Positions 42,499-52,748 are shown, numbered from the stretch's first letter. The stretch is 64,000 nucleotides of DNA from a virus (IMGVR_UViG_3300031555_010858:138637-202636); one strand, 5' to 3'. Made by a program: numbers and translations. Notes: generated by a model not told the origin, from the sequence alone.

Positions 42499-43473
42499 AT
42501 GAAACATTTAATAGTAGAATTAAGAGGTTTTGCTAAGGATATAGTACAATTTATGAATGATAATTTAAACTTTGTTACATCATCAGAAAATGGATTAACG
42601 TTTACATCAGAATTATTATTTGGAAATATAGTTAACCAAGCAGATGATATTTCAATGCAACAAATGTACGGAACTGATGCTAGAGTTAATTGTCATCAAG
42701 TAAACGTTGAAATATATAAAAATATGGATAGATATGAAGAAGAATTAAATGATGATAGACCAGTAGATTTATACAAATTTAGTATAGTTGATAATGGTTT
42801 TGGTGTAAGTATTAAAAAGAAATTTATCCAAGGTCAATATTTTAGAGATGATACATTCGTTTCTGATAGAATGCAATTTATGTGTGATTTCTTTAAATAT
42901 TATTCAGGAATTCAATCTTATGAGATTAAAGAGAAAAGAAAATTAGATGATTATGCACAGATAGAATTAAAAGTTATGGTTCATGAATTACCTGTAGATT
43001 TATTAGAATTATGGAAAGAAAAATATCAAGTATCTACAGGAGTATTATGTATAGACGGTAATGAAGGATATTATCAAGAATATTTCAGACATCCAATGGA
43101 TAAAACTGAAGAACCTAAAATAAAAACAGTAAATGCAAACGACGAACCGTTCTTATATTTAAAAGCATTATTAGAACAAGATTTAGCTGATACGTATAAA
43201 ATGGGTGATATGTTATGTCATATGTTATACGATATAAAAGATAAAGTTCCTTATGACATACAATTAGAATATGATGCTGAAAGAAATCATTTTAAATATA
43301 ATAAAGCTTATGCAGATATAACACATCTAGTATATTCATTAGCACGTAATGATAAAGTTCAATTAGCAAAAATCTATGTATCATTATGTAAGATATATGA
43401 TAATATAGCTGGTAAAGAATTAGATGATGTAAATTTATGTAAACAAGACAGATTTGTTGGAGATGTATTTTAA
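42499..43473 (+). CDS. Hypothetical protein
   Basis: SD AGGAGGT; 324 aa. Confidence 0.75.
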   Translation: MKHLIVELRGFAKDIVQFMNDNLNFVTSSENGLTFTSELLFGNIVNQADDISMQQMYGTDARVNCHQVNVEIYKNMDRYEEELNDDRPVDLYKFSIVDNGFGVSIKKKFIQGQYFRDDTFVSDRMQFMCDFFKYYSGIQSYEIKEKRKLDDYAQIELKVMVHELPVDLLELWKEKYQVSTGVLCIDGNEGYYQEYFRHPMDKTEEPKIKTVNANDEPFLYLKALLEQDLADTYKMGDMLCHMLYDIKDKVPYDIQLEYDAERNHFKYNKAYADITHLVYSLARNDKVQLAKIYVSLCKIYDNIAGKELDDVNLCKQDRFVGDVF

Positions 43474-43520
43474 TATATAAATATACAAAATATATAATAT
43501 AAATATAGGGAGGTAATTAT

Positions 43521-44327
43521 ATGCCAAATTGGTGTTCTAATAATATAACTGTGAAAGGTCAAGGTAAATATGTTAAAGAATTCATACAAGATAATTTTAA
43601 AACTAATAAGAATCCTTATGATTCGAATTCTAAAGAATATGATTACATTTTAGATTTTGAACAATTTGACCCAACACCATTAGATGATGCGGGAGAAGTA
43701 TTCAGTGAATGGTATACATGGAGATTAGAACATTGGGGATGTAAATGGTCCCCAAGTTATGAACAACAAGTGTATCTTATGATAGAAAAAGAAGGTGAAG
43801 AGCCAATTCAAATATTTAATGAAGGACATCATTTACATGAAGAAAATCAAATATTCAATGAAGAATTTGTTAAGAATTTAGATACAGATTGTATCATGAC
43901 ATTAGAAATACATTGTTATTGTGAAACACCATGGGGACCACCAGATAATATATTTAGAAGATGGGCTGAAAAATATAGTGAACATTTAGAAGCTAGTCTA
44001 AAATTCTATGAACCTGGATGTACAGTCATGGGTGAATTTATGTTTAAAGGAAACGAATATGATGAGTATTATGCTGATTATGATAAAAGAGCAGATTGGA
44101 TATTATATGCCTTAGAAGAAGGTTGGGAAACAACTGAATGGTATATAGATGAATGTATGGATATGATATCTGAAATGCATGATACGAAAGACGAAGTTGA
44201 AGCTATTATGAATAAGGTTAGTGATGTATTAAAGGTATGCAATAATAAACAAGCAGCATCTTTAATAGCTGATATTACAAATAAATATTTTGATTGGTTA
44301 CATGAACCTAAAGGGGAAGAAGTGTAA
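43521..44327 (+). CDS. DUF1281/YubB-like protein
   Basis: MPNWCSN, WYTWRLEHWGCKW, TPWGPP and FYEPG motifs. Confidence 0.7.
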   Translation: MPNWCSNNITVKGQGKYVKEFIQDNFKTNKNPYDSNSKEYDYILDFEQFDPTPLDDAGEVFSEWYTWRLEHWGCKWSPSYEQQVYLMIEKEGEEPIQIFNEGHHLHEENQIFNEEFVKNLDTDCIMTLEIHCYCETPWGPPDNIFRRWAEKYSEHLEASLKFYEPGCTVMGEFMFKGNEYDEYYADYDKRADWILYALEEGWETTEWYIDECMDMISEMHDTKDEVEAIMNKVSDVLKVCNNKQAASLIADITNKYFDWLHEPKGEEV

Positions 44328-44336
44328 TTCATAGGT

Positions 44337-44362
44337 TTTTGATACCATATTATAAATGTGAA
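44337..44362 (+). promoter_or_regulatory. Early-type phage promoter motif
   Basis: TTTTGATACCATATTAT-AAATG-TGAA. Confidence 0.7.
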
Positions 44363-44421
44363 TATAGATAAATAAGATATCTATATTCACATAAAAATAA
44401 AATAAATGGAGGTAATAATTT

Positions 44422-44721
44422 ATGGAAACATTAATGGGATTTGGAGTAATAATAGGATTTATAGTTTGTTATTTAGTAGGTAGAGCAGCAATGAGTGCAA
44501 TGGGTATAATAATGTTTGATACAGCAGTTGGTTTAGTAATCAAACCGATAATATTCGGATTCTTTATAATCTTTATAGGTATATGTTTAGCGTGCTTATT
44601 CTTCAAATTTATATTCTGGATATTAGGAATTCTATTAGCAATAGTTGTAGCATTATTACCATTTGCTGTAATCATAGGTTTAATAGTTGCAATAGTTAAA
44701 ATAGTAAAGAATAAGAAATAG
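44422..44721 (+). CDS. Small hydrophobic membrane protein (early-type promoter)
   Basis: Almost entirely hydrophobic with a basic C-terminus; strong SD. Confidence 0.7.
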   Translation: METLMGFGVIIGFIVCYLVGRAAMSAMGIIMFDTAVGLVIKPIIFGFFIIFIGICLACLFFKFIFWILGILLAIVVALLPFAVIIGLIVAIVKIVKNKK

Positions 44722-44792
44722 AAAAGTTTAATAGTATAAATTAGTATGTTCCAAATAAAACAAATATAAAAAATATTGGGAGGAATAATTAT

Positions 44793-45050
44793 ATGAGATT
44801 ATTTATAATAACAGAAATAGTTGAGAATGAAGAAGGATTTAATATATATACAATGACAAATCATGTTAGAGATGAAAAAGAAGCTTTAGAAATATTTGAA
44901 GCAAGAACTAAAGCATTAGTAGAATCAAAAAATACAGATAGAGTATTAAAACAACAGTACAATCCTAAAGAGTGTTGGGGATTAACAAAAGTTGATTTAG
45001 ATAGTGGTTGTACAATTGAAATAGCAATGATGGAAGCAACATTAGTATAG
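44793..45050 (+). CDS. Hypothetical protein
   Basis: SD GGGAGG. Confidence 0.65.
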   Translation: MRLFIITEIVENEEGFNIYTMTNHVRDEKEALEIFEARTKALVESKNTDRVLKQQYNPKECWGLTKVDLDSGCTIEIAMMEATLV

Positions 45051-45085
45051 ATGAAAGAGAGATTTAATCTCTCTTTCATCATTTT
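45050..45085 (+). terminator. Terminator-like hairpin
   Basis: GATGAAAGAGAGAT / ATCTCTCTTTCATC. Confidence 0.55.
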
Positions 45086-45110
45086 ATAATATAAATTTGG
45101 AGGGAATATT

Positions 45111-45305
45111 ATGAGTAAAGAATTTATGAATTTAAATGAAGAATATAGAACAATGTATCAAAATACAATCGATCAAATGTTAAAACAAATTGCTGATGAT
45201 AATAGATTTGAAGATACTATAAGAAATTTATGTAATCAAGCATTAATTAATAATTGGGAATTAGAAAAGAAAGTTAATATAATAAATATAGTAACTAATA
45301 ATTAG
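45111..45305 (+). CDS. Hypothetical protein
   Basis: SD GGAGGG. Confidence 0.6.
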   Translation: MSKEFMNLNEEYRTMYQNTIDQMLKQIADDNRFEDTIRNLCNQALINNWELEKKVNIINIVTNN

Positions 45306-45318
45306 GGAGGGTAAATTT

Positions 45319-45777
45319 ATGTATAAAATGATATTAGATTTCGTGGAAAGTAAAATAGAAGGATTTGTAAGACCAGAAATAATACTTGGTGAAAGCTTTA
45401 CTTATGGAGTAGATTCTAGAAATATATCTGTTCCAGAAGAATATATAGGTACAATAGAAGACCGTCATTGGTGGAAAAGTTTCATGATGAAATATTTAAT
45501 GGTAGAATATGGATTATTATTAACAGAACAAGATAATTATACATTCTCATTACTTCATGAAATAGGGCATTATATAACATTAGAAGATGTACCTTCTGAC
45601 GTTATACAATGTAGTTACGATAAAGATATGATGAAAATACAAAGAGCTACAACAGCTTATGAATATGAAAAAGGATATAGAGAAATAACAATAGAAAAAA
45701 TGGCTGATTTATGGGCTATAGAATTTATAGAAACTTATCCTGAAGTATTAGAATTAGGTTATACATTAAATTATTAG
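45319..45777 (+). CDS. HExxH zinc-metallopeptidase-like protein, paralog of 31756-32163
   Basis: YTFSLLHEIGH and YREITIEKMADLWA align with YIFYTLHELGH and YRKIFAEYLADNWA. Confidence 0.6.
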   Translation: MYKMILDFVESKIEGFVRPEIILGESFTYGVDSRNISVPEEYIGTIEDRHWWKSFMMKYLMVEYGLLLTEQDNYTFSLLHEIGHYITLEDVPSDVIQCSYDKDMMKIQRATTAYEYEKGYREITIEKMADLWAIEFIETYPEVLELGYTLNY

Positions 45778-45788
45778 GAGGTAATAAT

Positions 45789-46010
45789 ATGAAAACTATA
45801 AAAAGATTAATAAAAACTGCAATAATAATAGGATTAATACCAGTGATATTATGTGCACTGGTATTAGCTACAGCATTCTGTTCAGCATTATATCAAGTAG
45901 TAACAGGTAAACCAAGCCCAATAACAAAAGGTATGGAACAATATGTGATAGAAAATCAAGTAGAAACTGATGATGAATTTAATAGAACATATTGGGAAGA
46001 TAAGGAATAA
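45789..46010 (+). CDS. Small membrane protein
   Basis: N-terminal hydrophobic helix; SD AGGAGGT. Confidence 0.6.
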   Translation: MKTIKRLIKTAIIIGLIPVILCALVLATAFCSALYQVVTGKPSPITKGMEQYVIENQVETDDEFNRTYWEDKE

Positions 46011-46026
46011 TCCTTATCTTTTTTTT
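45997..46026 (+). terminator. Intrinsic terminator
   Basis: AAGATAAGGA / TCCTTATCTT plus T-run. Confidence 0.65.
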
Positions 46027-46052
46027 GTATGTTCCTTTGTAAAAAGGTTAAT

Positions 46053-46078
46053 TTTCAATTATATATTATAACAATGAA
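46053..46078 (+). promoter_or_regulatory. Early-type phage promoter motif
   Basis: TTTCAATTATATATTAT-AACAA-TGAA. Confidence 0.7.
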
Positions 46079-46109
46079 ATAAATAAAAAAAAATATTGGA
46101 GGTATTGTT

Positions 46110-46877
46110 ATGAAAAATTTAGAAGAAATAAAAAAAGAATATAGAATGTTTAGAGAAAGACAATATGATATTCATAAAGCTTTAGATGAAAATGTAAAAG
46201 AATATTCTAAAGATTATAGAAAAAGTATATTTGGTATGTTTGAAGATGAAGATTATCGTGAGTTTATCTTAGAAAATTTAGATGCCTATAGTGATGAAAT
46301 AGACCCTGATAATTTCGATGAAGAAAAACTGTATGAAGAATATCTTGAGTATATAGCATATTTAAATGACATATTGGATAGACGTATTAAATTATATGAA
46401 GAGAATGCAAATTGGTGGAGAGAATTTAATCAATGGAAAAAAGATGAAAAAATTTACGACAGATTCATTCAAAGAGATTTTGATGATTGTGAAAAGAAAT
46501 TTGAAGGAAAATGGTATGGATGGGGTTCAAATGACCTTATATTTGAAGGTATGTTTAAAACTATTAATATGACAGATGAAGAAGAAATTAGTAAACTTGT
46601 TGAAAATGCAAAGAAAATAATAAGTTTAATAAAGGAATATGACGATGAAGATTTTTGTTATTCAGAAGAATTTGTAGATGATCTTGAATATATAAATACG
46701 AAAATTAGACATAAAACATATCACGATGATTGTTGTATGCATGTATATGTTTTAGATCATTTAGAGAATGATGGTATGTGGGAAGTATATGAAGAACCAT
46801 TTCAATTATTTGTAGATAGAGTAATATCATGGGTAGATAGTGATTTCCTATTCGCTGTAAGACATTGTGAGAAATAA
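46110..46877 (+). CDS. Acidic hypothetical early protein
   Basis: Very D/E-rich; directly after an early-type promoter. Confidence 0.7.
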   Translation: MKNLEEIKKEYRMFRERQYDIHKALDENVKEYSKDYRKSIFGMFEDEDYREFILENLDAYSDEIDPDNFDEEKLYEEYLEYIAYLNDILDRRIKLYEENANWWREFNQWKKDEKIYDRFIQRDFDDCEKKFEGKWYGWGSNDLIFEGMFKTINMTDEEEISKLVENAKKIISLIKEYDDEDFCYSEEFVDDLEYINTKIRHKTYHDDCCMHVYVLDHLENDGMWEVYEEPFQLFVDRVISWVDSDFLFAVRHCEK

Positions 46878-46896
46878 AGAATAATAAATAAAAATG

Positions 46897-46944
46897 ATAT
46901 AATATTTAATACAGGGGTTACTCTGTATTAAATATTATATTTTT
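46897..46944 (+). terminator. Intrinsic terminator
   Basis: ATATAATATTTAATACAG / CTGTATTAAATATTATAT long stem plus T-run. Confidence 0.65.
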
Positions 46945-46947
46945 ATA

Positions 46948-46959
46948 AACAAATAAGTG
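46948..46959 (+). promoter_or_regulatory. AR9-type promoter AACA-N6-TG
   Basis: AACA-AATAAG-TG upstream of the endonuclease-gyrB-gyrA unit. Confidence 0.55.
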
Positions 46960-46984
46960 TAAATTATATTTATAGGAGGTATAT

Positions 46985-47809
46985 ATGTCGAAATATTTAA
47001 ATGAAAGTTTACCAATAGATGAAAGGATAGGACAGGTAGGAATTAATAAAGAAGGAGAAAAAATGCAAATTATTGAATATTACAGTTATGATAATATCAT
47101 AGTAAAATTTCTAGATGGTAAAGATTGTGAAGTTAAAACTCAGTACGTAAATTTTCAAAAAGGGTATGTTAAAAATTATAATAAAGTAGTACATGGTAAA
47201 CATGGATATTTGGGTCAAGGACCGTATGCTTCTGAACATAGAGATGAAAACGGTAAAAGAGTTTTGCATAATGAATATAAAATATGGAGTGGAATCCATA
47301 AACGAGTTGGGAATTTTGATGGTAAACACCCGTCATATGAAGATGTTACAGTTTGTGAAGAATGGTGGTGTTATCAAAATTTTGCAAAATGGTATAATGA
47401 ACATGTTTATACATTATATGATGATTTTCTATGTATAGATAAAGACATATTAAAACCCGATAGTAGGATATATTCGCCTCAGACATGTTGTTTAATTCCA
47501 AATTCAATAAATGAAGTATTCAAAGATTTTAGAAATTATAAAAATGATGATCTACCTATAGGAGTTACACGACGAAATGATATGCGTACCGTAAAATATA
47601 GAGCTAGAACAACAACAATAGATGAATATAATAACGTAGTGTATACTAGTAAAACATTTGATAACATATTTGATGCATTTATGTTTTATAAGGAAAGTAA
47701 AGAAAAATATATTAAATATTTGGCTGAAAAATATAAACAAGTATTACCCATAGACGTTTATTTAAAACTTTTAGAATTTAAAGTTACGACAACAAATAAA
47801 TTAATATAA
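46985..47809 (+). CDS. Free-standing putative homing endonuclease (HNH-variant with AP2-like C-terminus)
   Basis: YKIWSGIHKR, VCEEWWCYQNFAKW, IDKDIL...YSPQTCCLIPNSIN and LPIGV...KYRA motifs typical of this phage endonuclease family; immediately upstream of the topoisomerase genes. Confidence 0.65.
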   Translation: MSKYLNESLPIDERIGQVGINKEGEKMQIIEYYSYDNIIVKFLDGKDCEVKTQYVNFQKGYVKNYNKVVHGKHGYLGQGPYASEHRDENGKRVLHNEYKIWSGIHKRVGNFDGKHPSYEDVTVCEEWWCYQNFAKWYNEHVYTLYDDFLCIDKDILKPDSRIYSPQTCCLIPNSINEVFKDFRNYKNDDLPIGVTRRNDMRTVKYRARTTTIDEYNNVVYTSKTFDNIFDAFMFYKESKEKYIKYLAEKYKQVLPIDVYLKLLEFKVTTTNKLI

Positions 47810-47825
47810 TATGGAGGTTGATGAT

Positions 47826-50255
47826 ATGAGTAAAAATAATAAGAAGTTTATTGAAGAAGAAATGCAGGTTATGGAAAATGATTTAGATAAAATCAGAATG
47901 TCGCCTTTAATGTATATATCAAGAGTTGGTTCATTAGGAGCTATACATTTATCAAAAGAGTGTATTAATAACTGTATAGATGAATGTCTAAATATTAATT
48001 CACCAGGGGAAAATGTTTATTTATATTTAAATGAAGATGAAAATTTATTTGTTGCAGAGGATGATGGTCGTGGTCTACCATTTAATAAAATGTTAGATGC
48101 ATGTACAAAAATACAATCAAGTACAAAATTTAACAGGACTTCTAATCAGAAGTCTGCGGGGCAAAACGGTGCGGGATTAAAATGTTGTAATGCTTTATCA
48201 GAATATTTCAAACTTGAGGTATATAAATTAGGTGAATATGCAGTAGTTGAATTTAAGGACGGAGTTCAAGTACAAGATGGTAAAGTTAAACCTTGCAAAG
48301 ACAAAAAAAGACATGGTACAATAGTGACATTTAAACCTAGTGAAAAATATATGGGTAAATGTCAAATGAAAGGTGAAGATATCCTATTCTGGTTAAATAA
48401 TATAAAACATTTCTTAGATAAAAATATTACAATAGAACTTGAAATAGAAAAGAAAGGTAAAATAACAAGATATGAATTTAGTAGAAGTAAAAACGGTATA
48501 GGAGATCTAGTATATGAAATATCTCCTAAAAATCACACACCTATATATACAGGAATAGGAACTACAAAAATAGATGAAGAAATAAGAATAGTTAAATCAG
48601 GAGGTAAAGTTGACAACCAAATATTAAAAAGAGATATAGATTTAGAATTTGCATTTGCATTAAATGTAGATATGTTAGAAATGAAAACAAGATCATTCTG
48701 TAACTTTGTGCATACAGTAGATGAAGGAGATCATACGAATGCAGTAGTTACAGCTATTTGTGAATATTTAAGTAGAAAAACTAGAGATATATTAACAGAG
48801 AAAGAAAAAGAGAAATTCAATATATTATATAATGATATAACTAATTCTTTAGTATTAGCTTTAACAGTAAGTACGAGTATGGACCCAGGATTCACTGGGC
48901 AAACGAAAGAGAAGATAGAAAATAATAAAATGGTTAAACCGTTAAAAGAAATTGTTAGATCTCAATTAACAGTATTCTTTGAAAATAATCCTAAAGAACT
49001 TAAATCATACACAAGTTTAATTAAAGCCAATGCAAAAGCAAGATATGAATCTACAAAAGCAAAACAAGCAGTAATTAAAAGAGAAGTTGGAGCAGTTGCA
49101 GAACATTCAATACCAAACTATTTCCCTGCAAATAAGAAAGGTAAGAAAGATTATAGAGAATTATTCATATTTGAGGGGTTATCAGTTAAATCAAATGGTA
49201 CACAAGCAAGAGATGCTGATTATCAAGCGATGTATACAATGAGAGGTGTTCCAGGAGAAGCATATACAATGGATAGTAATGAAGTGTATACAAAGAATGA
49301 AACGTTTAAGAACTTAACAAGAGCAATTAATGCAGGTATTGGAGATAATTTTGATGTAAGTAAATGTAGATTTGATAAAGTAATAATAACATCGGATGCT
49401 GATGTGGATGGTTTCTTTATCTTCTCATTATTAGGTGGATTCTTCTTAAAGCATATGACAGATTTAATATATGATGGAAGATTATATTTATCAGTTCCAC
49501 CATTATATAAAATCAAAGATAAGAAAACTCCATTCATAACAGATAAAGAACAATATCAATCAGTTTATTTTAGAAATGTTATGGATAAGTATACAATTCA
49601 AGAAGATGGAGGCAAAGAATTAACTAAGAGAGAACTATTAGAATTCTTAAAATTAAATCAATATTATCTAGATGAACTAACTAGATGTAGTAATCATTAT
49701 AGTGCAAATCCAACGTTAATAGAATACGTTATAAAATATAAAGATGAAAAGAACTTTAAGAAGAATATGGCTAAGAAGTTCCCAGAAATAAAAATTGAAT
49801 CTGACAAAGACAATAAGATGAATACGATAATTGAAGGAATATACGAAGGAGCTTATCAGATATTTACAATAGATAGCTTATTCGATAGAAAGACAAAAGA
49901 TTTAAAAGATTTAATGGATAAGAATGATAGTATGTATTATAGAGTAGTTGAAAAATATAAGGACGGAAAAGAATTTAGAGGTAAATTAAGTATAGGAGAA
50001 TTCTTAGAATTAACAAACAAATTACAACCAGGTATAGAACTACGTTATAAAGGGTTAGGGGAGTTATCAAGCGATGATATGTGGATGAATGTAATGAATC
50101 CAGAGAAAAGAACATTAATACAATTAACAGTTAGCGATGTAAAAGAAGCATGTAAAATGTACGATACTTTACATGGAAAAGGAAAAGCTAATTCAGATAA
50201 TAGAAGAGAAATGACAGAAGCATTTGAAATTAGAAAAGATATGTTAGATAACTAG
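47826..50255 (+). CDS. gyrB: Type IIA topoisomerase subunit B (GyrB/ParE-like)
   Basis: ECINNCIDE, DDGRGLP and GQNGAG (GHKL ATPase); FEGLS and DADVDG (Toprim); RYKGLGE. ATG at 47826 after SD GGAGGT. Confidence 0.9.
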   Translation: MSKNNKKFIEEEMQVMENDLDKIRMSPLMYISRVGSLGAIHLSKECINNCIDECLNINSPGENVYLYLNEDENLFVAEDDGRGLPFNKMLDACTKIQSSTKFNRTSNQKSAGQNGAGLKCCNALSEYFKLEVYKLGEYAVVEFKDGVQVQDGKVKPCKDKKRHGTIVTFKPSEKYMGKCQMKGEDILFWLNNIKHFLDKNITIELEIEKKGKITRYEFSRSKNGIGDLVYEISPKNHTPIYTGIGTTKIDEEIRIVKSGGKVDNQILKRDIDLEFAFALNVDMLEMKTRSFCNFVHTVDEGDHTNAVVTAICEYLSRKTRDILTEKEKEKFNILYNDITNSLVLALTVSTSMDPGFTGQTKEKIENNKMVKPLKEIVRSQLTVFFENNPKELKSYTSLIKANAKARYESTKAKQAVIKREVGAVAEHSIPNYFPANKKGKKDYRELFIFEGLSVKSNGTQARDADYQAMYTMRGVPGEAYTMDSNEVYTKNETFKNLTRAINAGIGDNFDVSKCRFDKVIITSDADVDGFFIFSLLGGFFLKHMTDLIYDGRLYLSVPPLYKIKDKKTPFITDKEQYQSVYFRNVMDKYTIQEDGGKELTKRELLEFLKLNQYYLDELTRCSNHYSANPTLIEYVIKYKDEKNFKKNMAKKFPEIKIESDKDNKMNTIIEGIYEGAYQIFTIDSLFDRKTKDLKDLMDKNDSMYYRVVEKYKDGKEFRGKLSIGEFLELTNKLQPGIELRYKGLGELSSDDMWMNVMNPEKRTLIQLTVSDVKEACKMYDTLHGKGKANSDNRREMTEAFEIRKDMLDN

Positions 50256-50302
50256 ACCGATATGTTATATATCGGTCTTTTAATTTATAGGAGGTTGATA
50301 AT

Positions 50303-52699
50303 ATGAGAAAAGATGAATTTAACTTTAATGAGAATATCTCAACTATGGAATTAAAAGATAAAGCACAAGATGCTATTAGTATATATGCTCCAAATAAAAA
50401 TGTTTATAGACATATTCCATTTATGAATGATGGATTATTACCAAGTGAACGAAGAGTATTGTATGCAATGTTTAAAGATGTAAAAGCAGTACCTTGGCAA
50501 AACTATAAGAAGCTAGGTTTAACTATAGGTGCTACAATGGTATATCATCCTCATGGTGAGGTTAACATATATAATACAGCAGTTAAGTTAGCACAGTATT
50601 GGAAGAATGCTTGTGTGTTTATAGACGGATCAGGTTCTTATGGGAATGAGGTTGGTGATGACGCAGCTGCTTACCGTTATCTAGAAGCTAAGTTAAGTAA
50701 GTTTGCATATAAGTGTTATTTTGAAGATTTTAGTGAAGATTTAGTAGATATGAAAGCAGGTTATATAGAAGGTATTTATGAACCAGAATATCTACCAGCA
50801 CGATATCCAGTAGCATTAACTAAATCAATAAAAGCTATAGGATATGGAATGTATTCACAATTTCCTAACTATAACTTTAAGGAGTTAGTTGAATTTACAT
50901 TGAAGTTAATGGATAATCCAGAATACGATAAAGTGATATATCCAGATATACCTAATAACTGTGAGATAATAGATGATGGACAATTTGATGAAATAAGAAG
51001 AACTGGTAAAGGTAATTTTAGAATGAAATCTAAAGTTAAAGTAGATTATGAAAACTATAAGATAGAAGTGTTATCAGTACCTCAGGGGACAGATTTATCA
51101 TCTATAACAGAAAAGATAGTTGAAATGGGTAAATCAGGAGAATTAGTAGGGTTTGTAGACGTTCATAATATGAACGATAAAAGACAAAATAAAGGGAAGA
51201 AAAAGAATCAAGAAGGTAAATTAAGTATAGAAGTATTATTTAAACCAGGAACAGATTTAAATAAAAACTTAGAATTATTATATAAGAAAACTACAATGGT
51301 CATGACAGCTAGTTATGATTTAACATTAGTAGATGATTATAAATTAAGACATTATACAGTAAGAACATTATTATTAGATTGGATATCTTTTAGGAGAGAT
51401 ATTAAAAGAAGACAGATAAATAAAAAGATAACTAAGAAGATGGAAAGAAAACATATCTTAGAAGTTCTAATATTTATAACAAATGCTAAGAATGGTCAAA
51501 CAACAATCAAGTTAGCAACTGAATCTGAAGATGTGGTTGAATTTCAAAGTAAATTAGTTTCTACATTTGGTATTTCAACATTACAAGCGAAAACTATATC
51601 TAAGATGAGTGTAACAGCATTTAATAAAGATTCTCATAAGAAATATAAACAAGAGTTAGAAGAAATAAATAAAGAATTAGAAGAATTGTTAGTTATAACT
51701 AAATCATCTAAATTAATAGATAATATAATAAAAGATGAATTAAAAGAAGGTATAGAATTATTTAGTAAACCAAGAAGCAGTGATATAGTAACATTTGGTG
51801 ATAGTAAATTTATACCTGATTCAGAACATAAGATAGTTATAACTAAGAATAATAGAATAAAGAAATTAGATGTTAAAGTTGATGGTATAGGTTTTGTAGA
51901 AGAAGGAGATAAAGGAAAAGATTTATTCCAAGTTAATAATAGAGGAAGTATAATGGTGTTTGACAAAAGAGGTAATATGAGCAATATAGATGTTAATGAT
52001 ATAAGTTCAACACCAATAGATAGTGGTGGAGTTGATTTAGGAACAATGGTTACAGTTGCTGGAAATATAGTGACATCATTCCCTAAACCACCTGAAACTA
52101 TAAAAGATGAAGAAGTATATTTAGTATTAGTAACTAAGAAAGGATTGGCTAAGAAATTAAGTTATAAGAATTTCCAAAAGATAAGAGGTACAGTAACAGC
52201 AATAAAATTATCAGATGACGATGAATTAGTATCAGTAGATGTTTTATATGGTAAGAAAGATATAATTATATATACAAAAGAAGGTGGAGGTATAAGAATA
52301 AGTACAGAAGATATAAGAGAATGTGGTAGAGCTGCTTATGGAATAGCTACAATAGATTTAGCAGATATTGATGAAGTTGTAGGTACAGCTATAATAAATA
52401 AAAACCATAAGTTTATAGTGATAGCAACTAATAAAGGTAAATTAAAACGTTGTGCTTTAGCTCAATTTAAAACGATGAAAAGAAAGAGTGCAACATTACA
52501 ATTATCTAGATTAGAAAAGAACGAAGTTATAGTTAGTGTTAAATCAGTTAAAACTGGAGATAAAGTTATGATATATACACAATTTATGGAACATGAATTT
52601 AAAGTAAAAGATATTCCAGAATTAACAAGAAATCATCCTTGTAAGAAAATGATTACGTTAAAGAATAGGGATATTGTATTAGATTTAGTTGTAGAATAG
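50303..52699 (+). CDS. gyrA: Type IIA topoisomerase subunit A (GyrA/ParC-like)
   Basis: DGLLPSERRVLY, YHPHGE and AAAYRYLEA (catalytic Tyr); C-terminal beta-pinwheel repeats. Confidence 0.9.
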   Translation: MRKDEFNFNENISTMELKDKAQDAISIYAPNKNVYRHIPFMNDGLLPSERRVLYAMFKDVKAVPWQNYKKLGLTIGATMVYHPHGEVNIYNTAVKLAQYWKNACVFIDGSGSYGNEVGDDAAAYRYLEAKLSKFAYKCYFEDFSEDLVDMKAGYIEGIYEPEYLPARYPVALTKSIKAIGYGMYSQFPNYNFKELVEFTLKLMDNPEYDKVIYPDIPNNCEIIDDGQFDEIRRTGKGNFRMKSKVKVDYENYKIEVLSVPQGTDLSSITEKIVEMGKSGELVGFVDVHNMNDKRQNKGKKKNQEGKLSIEVLFKPGTDLNKNLELLYKKTTMVMTASYDLTLVDDYKLRHYTVRTLLLDWISFRRDIKRRQINKKITKKMERKHILEVLIFITNAKNGQTTIKLATESEDVVEFQSKLVSTFGISTLQAKTISKMSVTAFNKDSHKKYKQELEEINKELEELLVITKSSKLIDNIIKDELKEGIELFSKPRSSDIVTFGDSKFIPDSEHKIVITKNNRIKKLDVKVDGIGFVEEGDKGKDLFQVNNRGSIMVFDKRGNMSNIDVNDISSTPIDSGGVDLGTMVTVAGNIVTSFPKPPETIKDEEVYLVLVTKKGLAKKLSYKNFQKIRGTVTAIKLSDDDELVSVDVLYGKKDIIIYTKEGGGIRISTEDIRECGRAAYGIATIDLADIDEVVGTAIINKNHKFIVIATNKGKLKRCALAQFKTMKRKSATLQLSRLEKNEVIVSVKSVKTGDKVMIYTQFMEHEFKVKDIPELTRNHPCKKMITLKNRDIVLDLVVE

Positions 52700-52726
52700 A
52701 CACAATTGTGTCTATTCTTTTTTTTT
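52693..52726 (+). terminator. Intrinsic terminator after gyrA
   Basis: AGAATAGACAC / GTGTCTATTCT plus long T-run. Confidence 0.75.
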
Positions 52727-52736
52727 ATATGAACAA

Positions 52737-52748
52737 AACAAATCAATA
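52737..52748 (+). promoter_or_regulatory. AR9-type promoter AACA-N6-TA
   Basis: AACA-AATCAA-TA. Confidence 0.6.

Noticed and set aside
47791-47802. Separate AACA promoter for gyrB
   Set aside because: It reads AACA-AATAAA-TT, which misses the TA/TG end, so it was not counted.
47826-52699. Bacterial chromosomal gyrB-gyrA locus near oriC
   Set aside because: The sequences are highly divergent, there is no dnaA-dnaN-recF context, and the flanks carry phage-type genes and promoters.
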